This document shows, one piece after another, positions 1 to 13,472 of a stretch of 64,000 bases of DNA. Each line of letters begins with the position of its first letter. Position 1 is the first letter of the stretch. Made by a program: the position numbers and the translations under genes. The DNA is from the human T2T-CHM13v2.0 reference genome, Homo sapiens: NCBI RefSeq assembly GCF_009914755.1, contig NC_060929.1; one strand, given 5' to 3'. Under the pieces are notes generated by a model, which was not told the DNA's origin, searched no databases, and was given only the letters and a program-made list of their open reading frames with translations.

Positions 1-985
1 GATTGAAATTCTCTCCTTCACTTCAGCTGCAGCTGCCAAGACTCTGCCTCCCAGGCCTGTATTCACCAAAACAGTGATTACCTTGGACACTTGCTAAATC
101 GTGGAAACCTCATTTGCACCTAAATACAGTCTATGTACATGAATAATAATTGCTTGTCTTTCGGGTGGAATTACGTAAACATACAGAGAAGCTACATACT
201 TGGACATATTTATGACAGCTTGGCCAAGAGTTTTCAAAAATCATTACATCAGGCTAATTAATCTTTTGAATTTTGCACAAGGAAGTCTGTTCACATTAAC
301 CAATGCCAACCTTTCCTTCTCCCCATCTCCTGCTGTTCCACATCTGAAACCAAACTGCCTTGCCCAACCAATTTCATTGAACATAGCCTTAATAGACAAC
401 ATTTACTGAGAATTTGACAAGCATGGGACTCTAAACTAAGGACTTTATATGTGGGAAGAATATTTTGTAAAATATTGGAGAGATAGTCATGGCACAATAA
501 TTTAAAACAGCATGAATTATGTATTCAGATATACCCAAATTCAATTCTTGGCTACGTCTCATGCTAACTTGGACTTAAACTTTCTGTTTCAGTTTCTGCA
601 TATTGGAATTAAGGGGGGTAATTATAACTTGGAAATTTTTTGAGAGACTTCTCCCAGGACATGGAGCCAGTCACTTGAGGAATCAACATAAAAACCAAGG
701 ACTCAAGTCCCTGTTCTTATCAATAAGTTTTATTGTCACCATTAATTTTTGATAGCTCTTCCACTTTTAACAAGGGTGTTGAGACCCTTCAAGGTATTGA
801 AAAATATAGCTCTATTTATGGCTTATCAGAAATAGGAAAAATATGACATTATTTTATATTTCTGAACAATTTAAATTCATACCATGCATTTTAAGTTTTG
901 AAAACTCTCCTACAGTATTTCCCACAGCTCATCCACTCCTGTCTTTCCAAGTGCTTTTCTTAACTCAGCTCTGATAAATAATTTT

Positions 986-1037
986 GTACAGTGTGCAGGG
1001 TTGTGCATGGGTACAGTGTGCAGGGTTGTGCATGGGT
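986..1037. repeat. 25-bp perfect tandem repeat, about 2.1 copies
   Basis: GTACAGTGTGCAGGGTTGTGCATGG at 986-1010 and 1011-1035, followed by GT. Confidence 0.95.
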
Positions 1038-3665
1038 GGCAGGGAGTCATGGCATATGTATGAGGAAGGAGTTGCAGAACTGAATACAAGTAGTGGGTTT
1101 GAAGAAATAAAAGACTTGATTCCATTTTCTAACTTCTCATTTTGTCACATGTGTTCTGTGACTATGAAAGTGGTGTGTTTCTCAGTATGGATGACTATCA
1201 CTCATAAACTGGAAACTTTTGGCTCTAATTGTTTCTTTTAACACCAGTATAGAATATGGCAAGGAAATATTAAGGCGAGTGAAGGAGAAAAGATAAAGAC
1301 TGTTTTTGATGTTATTAAAATCTAAGTAATAACCATAAAGGGTTACATAAATGAACATAAATCTACAGGCCATTAGAATGAATTTGCTGTTAGTTTTATT
1401 TTATGAAGAACTTGGGGTGAACCCTTGAGCTCTCGTCATTATGTGGATTTTATCCCAAAGTATCCTATGGGCTGGATTAGAGGAAACACAATAAGATTTA
1501 TAAAATGTTATTTTTAACTCTCTTTATTGGCACTTTGTGCATGCACATACAAATGTAACTTTACAGCACCCCTGCATTGTGCATGATAACCTGAAGATGC
1601 TGAAGAAACAGAAACTCAGATTTCATTGGATTAACACTTATTTTTACCCAGTGGAGTGCAGGTCAAAGGCACTCCATAAACTGAATTTGTAACTCTAGGA
1701 AGCAATGTTCTGAACCAGAAAGCAGGAAAGAGTATTAATCAAAAGTGAAAAGGTTCTGCTGAAAGCGGAACAGTCTTGGAAAATGATTTTAAAGATCACT
1801 TGCCATGCACACAATTATTTTGTATTTGCAGTTCATGCCAAGAGTTTAAAGAAAACTGATGGGAAATTTCATTATTCAAGTATGCACTGTATGTACAATG
1901 TAATCCCAGTCACTCACTGGGGCAAGGCAAAAGTGACATTAAGACACAATATTTTAAAAATCTAATTGTTCCGTACTATACAAAGTGAGCTTTCATTGCA
2001 AATAATTATTCCTATTATGAGGTCTACAGAGGCATAATATTGTTAAAATGAGAATAGTTTCTGAACCATATAGACTTTTATGGATATTTAAAAAATACGT
2101 CTCTAAAGTGTTGAATAACTGGCAGTGTTATTCCTTATTTTCATTTTTTAATGTATTTTACCAGTTCAGGAAGGATGTAGTTCAATAAAAATTCCCATTA
2201 CAATCTGAAACTTCCTCTCCATTTTCATAATAGTAACTGGGGACACTGCTTCAAACATAGTTAAGCCTTTTAAAGGTGTTGAAGAGACAGCTTTTGTCAT
2301 TTTTAAAAGATACGTATTTCTTAAAGAAGGGATAAGGTTGATAGACTTAATATGATAAGAGATTCTGTCTTACAGAAAAATAAAATCAACTCAAAGAGAT
2401 GTTTTTTCTCTTTCCCTTACATGCCAAAGTAGTGGACTACTTTCTTGTCCCAGGGTTTTCTATATAAGCTCAAGAACATACATCCCATAATATCTGTTAA
2501 ATAAAAAAAAGATTAACCTTTTATTAAAAAGATAATAATAGAATTAAGTGAAACCATTTACTACATTGAAGGGATTGATGTTTTGTTGAAATAACTGGTT
2601 AAACTAAAATATTTTGTCCATTGTCTCATTTTTATTCTAATTCCAGTCACAGATTTACTTGTTTATCTGACAAAAGATAGTGCTATTGTGGAGAATTACG
2701 AAATAAGTATAAATCTTCATAGTATAGGTAAACTACACTTTCAAAAAATAATCCTGTAGAGGAAAGAGGCAGTATCTTTTAAGACTCACCATCAGTTCCA
2801 GTCTTTGACCTTTGAACTTTTCCTGTTTCACTTTCATTGGACTAACTCTGTATGATTCCAAAGTTCATTCTCTGAGGTGGAAGTTATAATGACAGTTCTA
2901 CAAAGCTTTTATTTTTTCCTCACCCAGATTACCATTCTATCTTAGGAATTTAAGCAAACTATACAGTAAATACAAGATACCATGTAATAAAGTTAGTACA
3001 TGTCTTCGATGAGTTTTACCTAAGTTGCATCACTTTTTTTGTGGTTATCTTATTATTGTTCTGAAAAAATTATCTTCATTTCTCTACGTAATATATAGAA
3101 AATAACTTTACATTAATGCACAGACCACTAACATATATTAAAATCTCAATGAAATTAGTGTCATTTTATCCTCGTTTCCTGAGCTATTTAATTGGTTGTT
3201 ACTTTTGTTTCCTACAGTGTATCCTTTGTTTTAATATGCTTTTTAATTCAGTCATCAAATATTTATTAACTGCCAACTATACTATGGCAATATATTTTGT
3301 TCAACAAATGCTTCTTGAATGCCTAGTGTGTGAAAGGAATTATACTGTGAAATTCGGGTATAAAAACATATGCTCTTGATGGTCTTATCCTCCAAATGCT
3401 TATAAAGAGCTAAGTAATAAGCCAAATGCTATTCAAAATTAAAAGTCATTGTGTAATTTTAAGACCTTCAATACAATCACCAAGGAAATATTATGAGACA
3501 AACTCCAATAGCTCATTTTATGCACATTACTCATTTTGATAATTAAACTGATAGCACTTAGAATATAGTTATGTTATATCTTGCTTTAAGTTGGATAAAT
3601 TAAAATATTTTTTCTAATGCAATTGTACCTGATTTTGTGAAATATTTTAATTCCTAACAGCCTTA

Positions 3666-6025
3666 TAGGCATATCTCACTTTATTGTGCTTCAGTTGATT
3701 GTACCTTCTAGAGTCTATGTTTTTACAAATTGAAGGTTCGTAGCAATCTGTATCCAGCATGTCTTTTGGTGCCATTTTCCAACAGCATATGCCCTCTTTT
3801 GTCTCTGCATCACATTTGTTAATTATTGCAATAGTTGAAACATTATTAGTATTATTATTATATCTGTTATGGTGATCTGTAATCCATGATCTTTCACGTT
3901 ACTGTTGTAATTGCTTCTGTACGCCATAAACTGCATCTGCATAAGATGGCAAACTTAATACGTTTTGTGTGTTCTGACTGCTCCATTGACTTGCTATTTT
4001 CCCATCTTGCCCCTTCTCCTTGAAGGAGAGGCTCTTTATTTCCTGAAACATAGCAATATTGAAATTGGGACAATTAATAACACCACAACAACCTCAAAGT
4101 CTTCAACTGAAAGAAAGAGTTGCACATCTTTAATTTTAATCAAAAGCTAGAAATGATTAAGCTTAGTGGGGAAGTCATGTCGTAAGTCAGGACAGGCTGA
4201 AAGCTGGGCTTCTTGTGCCATTTAACCAAGTTGTGATGCAAAGGAAAAATTTGTGAAGTAGGTTAAAAGTGCTACTCTAGTGAAAACATTAATCATAAGA
4301 ATGCAAAACAGCCGTACTGCTGAAATGGGACAAAATTTGAGTAGTCCAAATAGAAGATCAAACCAGTCACAAAATGTCTTCAAGCCAAAGCCTAATCCAG
4401 AGCAAGATCCTAATTCTCTTGAATTCTGTGAAGGCTGAGAGAGGTGATGAAGCTGCAGAAAAAAGTTTGAAGCTAGCACAGGTTGGTTCATGAGGGTTAA
4501 GAAAAGAAGCCATCTCCATAACATAAAAGTGCAAAGTGAAGTAGCAGCTGCTGATACAGTGGCTACAAGTTATCCAGAAGATCTAGCTAAGATAACTGAT
4601 GAAGGTGGCTACACTAAAAAACAGATTGTCAATGTAGATGAAACATTCTTCCATTGGAAGAAGATGCCACCTAGGACTTTGATAGTGAGAGAGAAGTGAA
4701 TGCCTGGCATCAAAGCTTTAAAGGACAGACTGACTCTTGTTGGGAACAAATGCAGCTGGTGACTTTAAGTTGAAGCCAGTGGTCATTTACCATTCTGATG
4801 ATGTTAGGGCTGCTAAGAATTAGGCTAAATCTACTCTGCCTGTGTTCTGTAAGTGGAACAATAAAGCCTGAGTCACACCATATTTGTTTACAGCATGGTT
4901 TACTGAAATATTTTAAGCCCACTGTTGAGACTTACTACTCAGGAAAAGAAAGATTTCTTTTAAAATATTACTGCCCATTGACAATGCACATCCTCACCCA
5001 AGACTGATGGAGATGTACAAGGTAGTTAATATTACTTTCATGCCTGCTAAGGCATCTTTCATTCTGCAGCCCTTGGGTCAAGGAATAAATTTCACTTTCA
5101 AGTCTTATTATTTAAGAAATATATTTCGTAAGACTACAGCTGATGGATCTAGGCAAAGTGAATCAAAAAACCTTCTCGAAAGGATTCATTCTTCTACATA
5201 CCACTAAGAACATTCATGATTCATGAGAGGAGGTCAAAATATCAACACTAATAGAGATTTGGAAGAAGTAGATTCGAAGCCTCATAGATGCATTTGTGGA
5301 ATTCAGTACATCAGTGGAGGAAGTAACTGCATGTGGTGGAAATAGTAAGACAACGATAATTATAAGTAGAGCCTAAAGAAGAGGCTGAATAGCTGCAATC
5401 TTAGAGTAAAACTTGAATGATGAGGAGTTGCTTCTTAGAGATGAGCAAAGAAAGTGGTTTCTTGAGTTGGAATACACTCAGTGGATATGTTGTGAACATT
5501 GTTGGAATAAAGACAAAGGATTTAAAATATTATGCAAACTTAGTTGATAAAGCAGTGGCAGTTTGATAAGAGTGACTCCCATTTTGAAAAATGAAATTGT
5601 GTGGGTAAAATGGCATAAACCAGTATTACAACTTACAGAAAAATATTTTGTGAAAGGAAAAGTCAATTGATACAGCAAACTTCATTGTTGTCTTGTTTTC
5701 AGAAATTGCAACAGCCAGTTCAACCTTCAGCAACCACCATACTGATCAGTAGTCATCAACATTGAGACGAGACTGTACACCAGCAAAAAGATCCCAACTC
5801 AATGAAGGCTCAGATGATTTTAGCATTTTTTTAGCAATAAAGCATTTTTAAATTAAACTATATACATTGTTGTTTTAGACAAGTTTTTGCACATTCAGAA
5901 TACAGTAAAGTGTAAACATGACTTTTATATACACTGGGGAAACCAAAAAATTTGTGTGACTTACTTTATTGCAATATTTGTTTTATTGTGCTGATCTGGA
6001 GCTAAATATATCTGAGATATGCTTG
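3666..6025 (+). mobile_element. Tigger1 (TcMar-Tigger/pogo DNA transposon), essentially full length
   Basis: Left TIR TAGGCATATCTCA and right TIR TGAGATATGCTTG, TA TSDs at 3664-3665 and 6026-6027, 2360 bp long, internal sequence colinear with the recalled Tigger1 consensus. Confidence 0.95.
4090..5660 (+). pseudogene. Decayed Tigger1 pogo-family transposase (TIGD1-like)
   Basis: Fragments across shifted frames: STERKSCTSL..QKLEMIKLS (CENP-B-like HTH), [25 protein letters not shown] (first catalytic D), FMPA..ILQPLGQG..FKSYYLR. Start ATG lost, many stops and frameshifts. End coordinate approximate. Confidence 0.85.
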
Positions 6026-6969
6026 TACTGATGATTATTTTAACACCAAGATATTTTAAAATTCATTAAATAAATGTTTATTTAAATAGACCTCTAGCAT
6101 ACATTTACTGGTAACTAAAGGCTTTGTTAACAAAGGGAAATACTAAATTATTAAGGTTTTGCATGACTTTGAAAATTTCTATATTGAATTATAAATACTA
6201 TGGAATTATAGCCATTTTTTTGTTTTTTAAATCAAAGATTTAAATTTTTCTCAAATGCATCTTTATGATTGAAGTCTGCTTATCATTAACATTTGATATC
6301 AGAAGCACTAATTCTTTGTTGTAGCCTTGTTTCATCAAAAGCTGATCAACTATGTCTGTATGAGTCTGTCAGAGAGCTGAAAAAGTAATCAAAGGTCAAG
6401 ATGGAAGCTGCAGCGACATACAGGATCCCTGTGCCAGATCATGAGAGCTGAGAGTTACGACACAGATAGTTCTGGGTGAAAAGCTTACTAGTAATAGAGT
6501 ATAATATGTTTTAATTTAAAAACAATTTACTATATTTAATTCAAACTAAAATCATAAAATCATTAGAATAAACTATAGGGATAAATTTTAATGACCTTGG
6601 CAACAAAAGAAAAAGTAAAAAAAAAAATGGGCTTCACAAATATTAAAAACTTTAGTGCATCAAAGGACATTATCAAGAAATTGAAAGGCTCTCTGGAAGA
6701 ATGGGAGAAGATATTTGCAAATCATATGTTTGGTGGGGGAACAGGATCCATAATATATAAAGAATTCCTACAACTCAGCAACAAAAAGACAAACAACCCA
6801 GTTAAAAAGTTGGCAGAGGACTTGAATAGATATTTCTCTAGAAAATATACAAATAGCCAACAAGCACATGAAAACATATTCAAAATCATTAATCATAAGG
6901 TAAATACAAATCAAAACCACAATGAAATACCAGTTCAAACCTATTAATATAGTAATAATAATAATAATA

Positions 6970-7275
<306 letters not shown>

Positions 7276-7377
7276 TCAGAAAAATAACAAATGTTGGTGA
7301 GGATATGGAGAAATGGCTGATAGGAAGGTAAAATGGCACAGCCACTGGGACAAACAGTGTGTGGTCTTCAAAAAGCT

Positions 7378-7721
7378 TGTTATGGACTTGATGTGTCCAC
7401 CCACGTCCACTGCCAAGTTCACACTCACTGTGATGGTATTTGGAGGTAGGGCCTTTGGGAGGTCATTAGGCTAGGAGGGTAAAGCCCTCATTAATGGGAT
7501 TAGTGCCCTTATCAAAGAGACCCCAGGGAAGCCCCTTACCATGTGAGGGCACAGTGCAAAGACAGCAATCCACAAATCAGGAAGTGGTGTCTCACCAGGT
7601 ACCTAATCTACCAGAGCCTTGATCTTGGACTTCACAGACTCTAGAACTGTAAGAAATAAATGTTTGTTTTTTAGGCCATCCAGTTTATGGTATTTTTGTT
7701 ACAGTAGTCAGAACTAAGACA
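7378..7721 (+). mobile_element. MLT1A0-like MaLR solo LTR
   Basis: TG..CA termini, perfect 5-bp TSD AAGCT (7373-7377 and 7722-7726), MLT1A motifs GGGCCTTTGGGAGG..AATGGGATTAGTGCCCTTAT..CTTGATCTTGGACTTC..ACTAAGACA. Confidence 0.9.
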
Positions 7722-8454
7722 AAGCTAAACAGAATGACCATGTGACACAGCAATTCCACTACCAGGTATAATGCCCACTGTAATTGAAAACAGGGACTCA
7801 AACAGACACTTTTATACTAATGTTTTTGCAGAATTATTCACAATAGTCAAAAGGTGAAAATAGCCCAGTGTCTATCAACAGATTAATGCATAAACAAAAT
7901 GTAGTATGTATACACATACAATGAAATATTATTCAACCATAAAAAGGATTGAAGTTCTGATACATGCTACGATATAGGTGGATCTTGAAGTCATTATGTT
8001 AAGTGAAATAAGCTGGGCACAATAGGACAATATTGTGTGATCCCACTTAAATGAAATATCTAGAGTAGGTAGAACTAAAGACAGAAAGTAAGTTAGAGGT
8101 TACCAGGTTTAGGGAGGAGGTGGGGAACAAGGAATAATTGCTTAATGGTTACAGAGTTTCTGTTACAGGTGATGAAAACATTTTGGAAATAGATAGTGGT
8201 GGTGGTTGAATAACACTGTGAATGTAATTAATACCACCAAATTGTATGCTTAAAATTTTTTTAATTGGCATTTTACATTATATAAAACCACAATAAAACA
8301 TGTTTTAAAGCATTTTATACTTAGTTCATTTTAACTAACTTTGTATATCTTTATATAAAAAACTTTATATCTACTCGAGTAAATATAATTCTACAAGAAA
8401 ATTGAAGAATATATTATTTATATTTTCCAAGCAGTACTAAATATGTCAAGAAAT

Positions 8455-8685
8455 TTTATTTAGTGCTACACGTTTCTAGGCACTGATTTAAGAACTTTAC
8501 CATTCTTAACTATTTCCTACTCATAAGAACCCTATGAAAGAGTAATTATTATTACTTTAGCCATTTTACAGATGAGGAAACTGAGAGGTAGAGGGTTAAG
8601 TAACGTGTTCCAGGTGCAGTAAGCAGCAGGTGGTCAAGCTGAGCAGCATCTTCAGTCTGCTTCCAGAGTTTCTGCTCCTAACCAC
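8455..8685 (-). mobile_element. MIR SINE
   Basis: Core CCATTTTACAGATGAGGAAACTGAG..GGTTAAGTAAC. Confidence 0.85.
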
Positions 8686-9104
8686 GAAGTTTGGCCATTT
8701 TGACATTTTGCATTTAAATTACTTGAAATTTAATGATCACACTGAAGCCAGGGAATGCCCATGTACAAGTGGAAGAATTCTTTCAATTCTTTCAAGAAAA
8801 GTTTATTATGCTGTCTACAAGTTCCCCTGGAACTGATTTAATTGTTGCTGCTACTAGTCATTATTAAAACTTGGCAAGCGGTTATCAGTACTTTTGCATT
8901 CAAACTATACATGTCATGTCTCGTTTTCAATGTGCCACCTGAAAATTGCGCTTTAGTCAGTTCAGTTCTCAGAGTTGGATGCCAAAAGGTCAGTTAAAAC
9001 ATGGAATGTATTAGGGAAAGAGCCTTTTCCTCTCCTTTATGAACCCTCTGTCACAGCAGTCTGTTATCTCTACAGTGACCGGAGAATGGATGAAATTTGT
9101 TGGA

Positions 9105-9206
9105 AATGAGATCCACACTGTATCTCATTCATCTCTGTGTCCGCAGCACAAGGTACAGTGCTTAGCATGTGGTAAGGGCTAAAAACACTTTTGTTACATG
9201 AATGAA
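9105..9206 (+). mobile_element. L2 3'-end fragment
   Basis: CATCTCTGTGTCC..ACAGTGCTTAGCATGTGGTAAG..TGAATGAA tail. Confidence 0.55.
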
Positions 9207-10574
9207 GAAAGGAATGGCACAAACAGAGCTGAGTAATTTTCTAAAGACCTTCTAAGGTGTCCAAATTCATGGTGTAACATCACAGGAAGGCAAAGAACTG
9301 AGTCCTCCTGCTCTTTACATGTGTGCCTGTATCATGACTGGGTGTGAATTCTACAGCATTTCTGCAGTGTCCATGACGCCGTGATTGTACTCTATGTTGT
9401 TTTATCTTTGGAGTTTATAGATTTGAATTTGAATGTTTTGATAATCCGAAATACATCGTTGGATGTGCAAAGGAATGCAAGGAAGGATCAACTCTTTCTG
9501 GCCAAAATGGAGACAGTGCTGTTTTTTTTTTGTAATATTTCTTGAATGTGTCTAAGCAGAGCTGGCACTCTGCCCAGGAATAGGGGAATGAGATACCCAG
9601 AGTGCAGGGTTCAGACACTCACTCCGAGGCCTGTGCAAAGACAGAGTTAGCACAGACATGGACCTGAGAGTAAAGGCTTCCTAATGTTTGCACCCTAGGC
9701 ACCCTTTTTCCCCTGAGCCTACAATATAAAAGGGCAGCACTGGAGCTAATAATGAATGACTCTAGGGCACACTGTAAATGGAAGTGAAAAGCTGATGGGG
9801 AGATGGAAAGAGAGTATGGCAGCTTTGAAAGACGGGGAGAGTCTTGCAGGTGCATGTCTTCCTTCCATATGTTGTCACAGGCCCTACTATGCACTGGTGC
9901 AAGCAGGCTGCTCAATAAATTTAACTGGTTGGTTAGCAGCTTGTTTGTCTGTGTGTTTAGGTATCCCACAGTTATAGTTCAGGAAAGATCTTTGCTATGG
10001 AGGCAGAGAAGATGAGGGAGACAATGAAATCTGGAGGGAACTGATTCATATTGTCTTTTAAGAAGGCCTGAAATATGAAGATAGAGATTCCCGTGGTGGT
10101 TGGTCTAAACTTTCAACTTTGAGTAAATATGGACTATCTTACCGTGGGAATTCCACGTTTGTTCTATGGAAGGAAGAACTTTCATTATTTTTGAATATTT
10201 TTAAATAACTGTAAATCATTAGATGACATTGTTTATAAGTCATTGCAAAATAATTTTAGTTTATTGATAGGTAGAGCTATAATGACTAACATATTTGTAC
10301 TTGGTGAGTGCCAGTGATGTAAATAATCTCTATTTCATCCAGATACCTTTGGGTTCCTTTGTATTGTTATGGTGTAACCACCCACTCTCAACTATTCTAT
10401 CTCCCCAGTTCATTATACTGTCTGTGTGCTCTGGTTTCCAGTAGCTAGCCCCTGCCTGTCTCTGCAGAGGGCCAACCGTGGATGCTGTGTTTTGCCATGG
10501 CCTCCCATGCAGACAGCTCAGAGGACCTGGGGATTCCTGCTCCTTCCCACCTCAAAGTCAGATGCCATTTCTTT

Positions 10575-11040
10575 AACATTCATTATATGGCCGTCATGAC
10601 CTGCTTCCTGCCTGTCCTGTGAAAACCCTGCATCACTCTCCCCCATAATCCTTTCATTCCAGAATGCTCTCTCATAGCCCCTTTGTTTCTTCTGCTAGAA
10701 ATAGTGTTTCTCTTCTTTTACACCTCAGTCAGCTAACTCTGACTGGTCCTTATGATCTCAGCTGAAAATTAATTTTCTTCTTCATCCCCTAAATTTGGGG
10801 TTAGGAGTACATCTGATGCAATCCCAGAATGCTTTGTACTTCCATGACAAGCTTATTTATTTATTAATGTACTATTTGTACATGTTTAATTTATTTTCCT
10901 ACCAAGTAGCCTGTGAACTTTGGAGACCAGGGATGGAAGTTTTGGCTTCACTGTGGTAACCTGAGGGTGTACACAGTGCCTGGCATATGCAAAACACATA
11001 ATAAATACACATTAAATATAGGAGTAACTCCATGAATTGA
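10575..11040 (+). mobile_element. L2 3' region
   Basis: Degenerate L2 3'UTR: ..CTGTGAACTTTGGAGACCAGGGA..CACAGTGCCTGGCATA..AATAAATA. Confidence 0.65.
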
Positions 11041-11212
11041 TTTGATAAATTGGTCAATATATGGTTTATAAATATAAATCACTTCTGGTAACCTGGGAGT
11101 ATACATAGTGCCTGGCATATACAAAACACATAGTAAATATGTATTGACTAGATGAGTAATTAGATGAATTGATTTGATTAATTAATATATGGCTTATAAA
11201 TATAAATCACTT
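10954..11212. repeat. Diverged tandem duplication, units of about 132 and 127 bp
   Basis: TGGTAACCTG..AGTGCCTGGCATAT..ATGAATTGATTTGAT..TTATAAATATAAATCACTT at 10954-11085 and 11086-11212. Confidence 0.9.
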
Positions 11213-11573
11213 GACATTGTGTCTTATTTTCTTGGCTTACATGCATATTTGCCAGATTCTACATAGTAACCTTATATATGTTATATGTTATTATGAGGGA
11301 TATTAATATGTATATGTATGCTGCTTTCTCTAGAAAAGTTCAAAACCACTTTAAGAATCAACACATAAATACATTTAAAAACTAAATATTTAAAGATCAC
11401 TTTCTATTGATTTTCTAAGGGGTTAGGTGTCAACATGTAACCAAAAATTCATGTTTATTCACAGAGAGTATTTTCTAACTTGGGGCAATCCCTGGCCACA
11501 AATGTATAATGTTTTCTCCTGCCCTCTCTCCCAGCTTAAGTGTATTCATTTAAATATTTAAAAATCAGTGTTG

Positions 11574-11878
<305 letters not shown>

Positions 11879-12716
11879 CTACCATAAATATTCAGTATTC
11901 TGTGAACATAAAATGTCCCTCAGAAAAATTAGAGAGGCCTTTTAAATATTTTCCTAAAGCAGAATTTGCAAAATGATAGAACCTTGGGAGGAATCTCTTC
12001 TGAAAATAGAGCCCAAGGAAGGGTTTTTTTTTTAAATTTCTTTACAGAAGTGTAGAACTCAGGAAAATTAAATCAAGGGAGAGAAAGCCAATATAAGGAT
12101 GTGTTCTCAGCCTTTGTCCACCACTGTGGGTGACTGTAGATGATCCATGTATGTGAGCTTTGAGATCATTCCACCAATGACACAAAAAGGAGAGTGATTA
12201 TCAACTAGCTTAGGTACCGCAATGGTCAATGTGTGCTCCACTTGCATTTCCAACTACCCAGACTCTAACACTGGGTGACTGATTTAAGTGTAGCATGCTG
12301 AGGGGTCAGAAAAGCCCTGGATGGAAAAGTGAAATCTACTCAGTGCTGCTGAACAAAAATACATCAGGTTCCCCTCAGAGGGGCTGATTTCCTGAGCAAC
12401 ATCCAGAATATTGCTGGGTGTAGAAGATGTAAGTTGAAAAGCAAGAGTTATCCAATACACTTAGCCTGGTGGTTGGGGAATGAATACCTCTCACAGATGT
12501 GTTTTGTTTGGTTGTTGCAGGATTTTTTTTGTCAGTAAATTGCCAATATTTAAAAATCAGTAGAATTCATATAATAACCTGAATGTTGTGCTTCACTTCC
12601 AAAAATGAGATGAATCTCTCATAGATGTGGTTTGTTTAACCATTATGAAATCCAATTGTTTTGCCAATTAAGTTTTAATCTCTAAAATTAAGGTGATGTC
12701 ACATAGCTATCTGGAT

Positions 12717-12785
12717 TATAGATCACTGCAAAACTGAAACTCCTGGGCTCTAATGATCCTTCCACCTCAGCCTCCCAAGTAGCTG
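12717..12785 (-). mobile_element. AluJ/FLAM fragment
   Basis: CACTGCA..AACTCCTGGGCTC..GATCCTTCCACCTCAGCCTCCCAAGTAGCTG. Confidence 0.75.
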
Positions 12786-13039
12786 ATTTGCTTGACTTCT
12801 TAAAATGGATCTTCTAGACGTGATGATTCACATTACCTCAAAGCTGGAAGGAAGTTACATGTGTGGTGTTCATGCCCTTTTAGATGGGGGCATATTCAAC
12901 AGTCTGCCATTCACTCATGTTGCTCCCTCTTTCTATTTGCATACTTGTCTGTCCCCTGCAGATAGTTGCACGTGAGACCACAATTCTAAAGACTGGGACC
13001 CCTTCCCAAGGTAGATGGTTAATGTGTTTGCCTAATTGG

Positions 13040-13472
13040 AAACATCATTTGCCCACCTCTATTCTGCTGTGTGCCCTGAGCAGCTGATGTGCACAGATGG
13101 CATCTCTTGGGCTCCCTTTCCACTGTGGCTTCAGGTTGTTCTCACCAATGGGAGCCATTGGCAAGAAATCAGAGGGCAGGAGGAAAAACAGTTTGGGGAA
13201 TATTTTCTCCACTCTTTCCCAGTTTCAGCATCACAGCTATGAAAGTGGCTGCATCCCTCTGTAATCACAGCTCCCCTGAGCTATCACTGGTCTCTAGCAG
13301 CTTAATATTCTCCCCTTTCCCTTTTAGGCTGTTACTAAATTTTGGATACCTCCACAGTATTCTTTGGGTTTTCAGAAACCTGACCTCACTACTGTATGCT
13401 GTCCCTTCATTAAAATATCTTCAGCTAATTCACCTGATCGAAATTCTGTTTATTGGCAAGGTCCTGACTAAT
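13040..13472 (+). mobile_element. LTR33-like ERVL LTR
   Basis: CTGTGTGCCCTG..GGCTCCCTT..TGGCTTC..CCAATGGGAG..GAGGGCAGGAGG and 3' end CCCTTCATTAAA..CCTGACTAATA resemble LTR33. Confidence 0.65.

Noticed and set aside
9725-9732. Consensus TATA box TATAAAAG
   Set aside because: Isolated motif with no CpG island, initiator evidence or credible downstream ORF
12000-12460. Possible LTR16-family remnant (also about 10400-10550)
   Set aside because: Similarity too degenerate to set boundaries or family by eye
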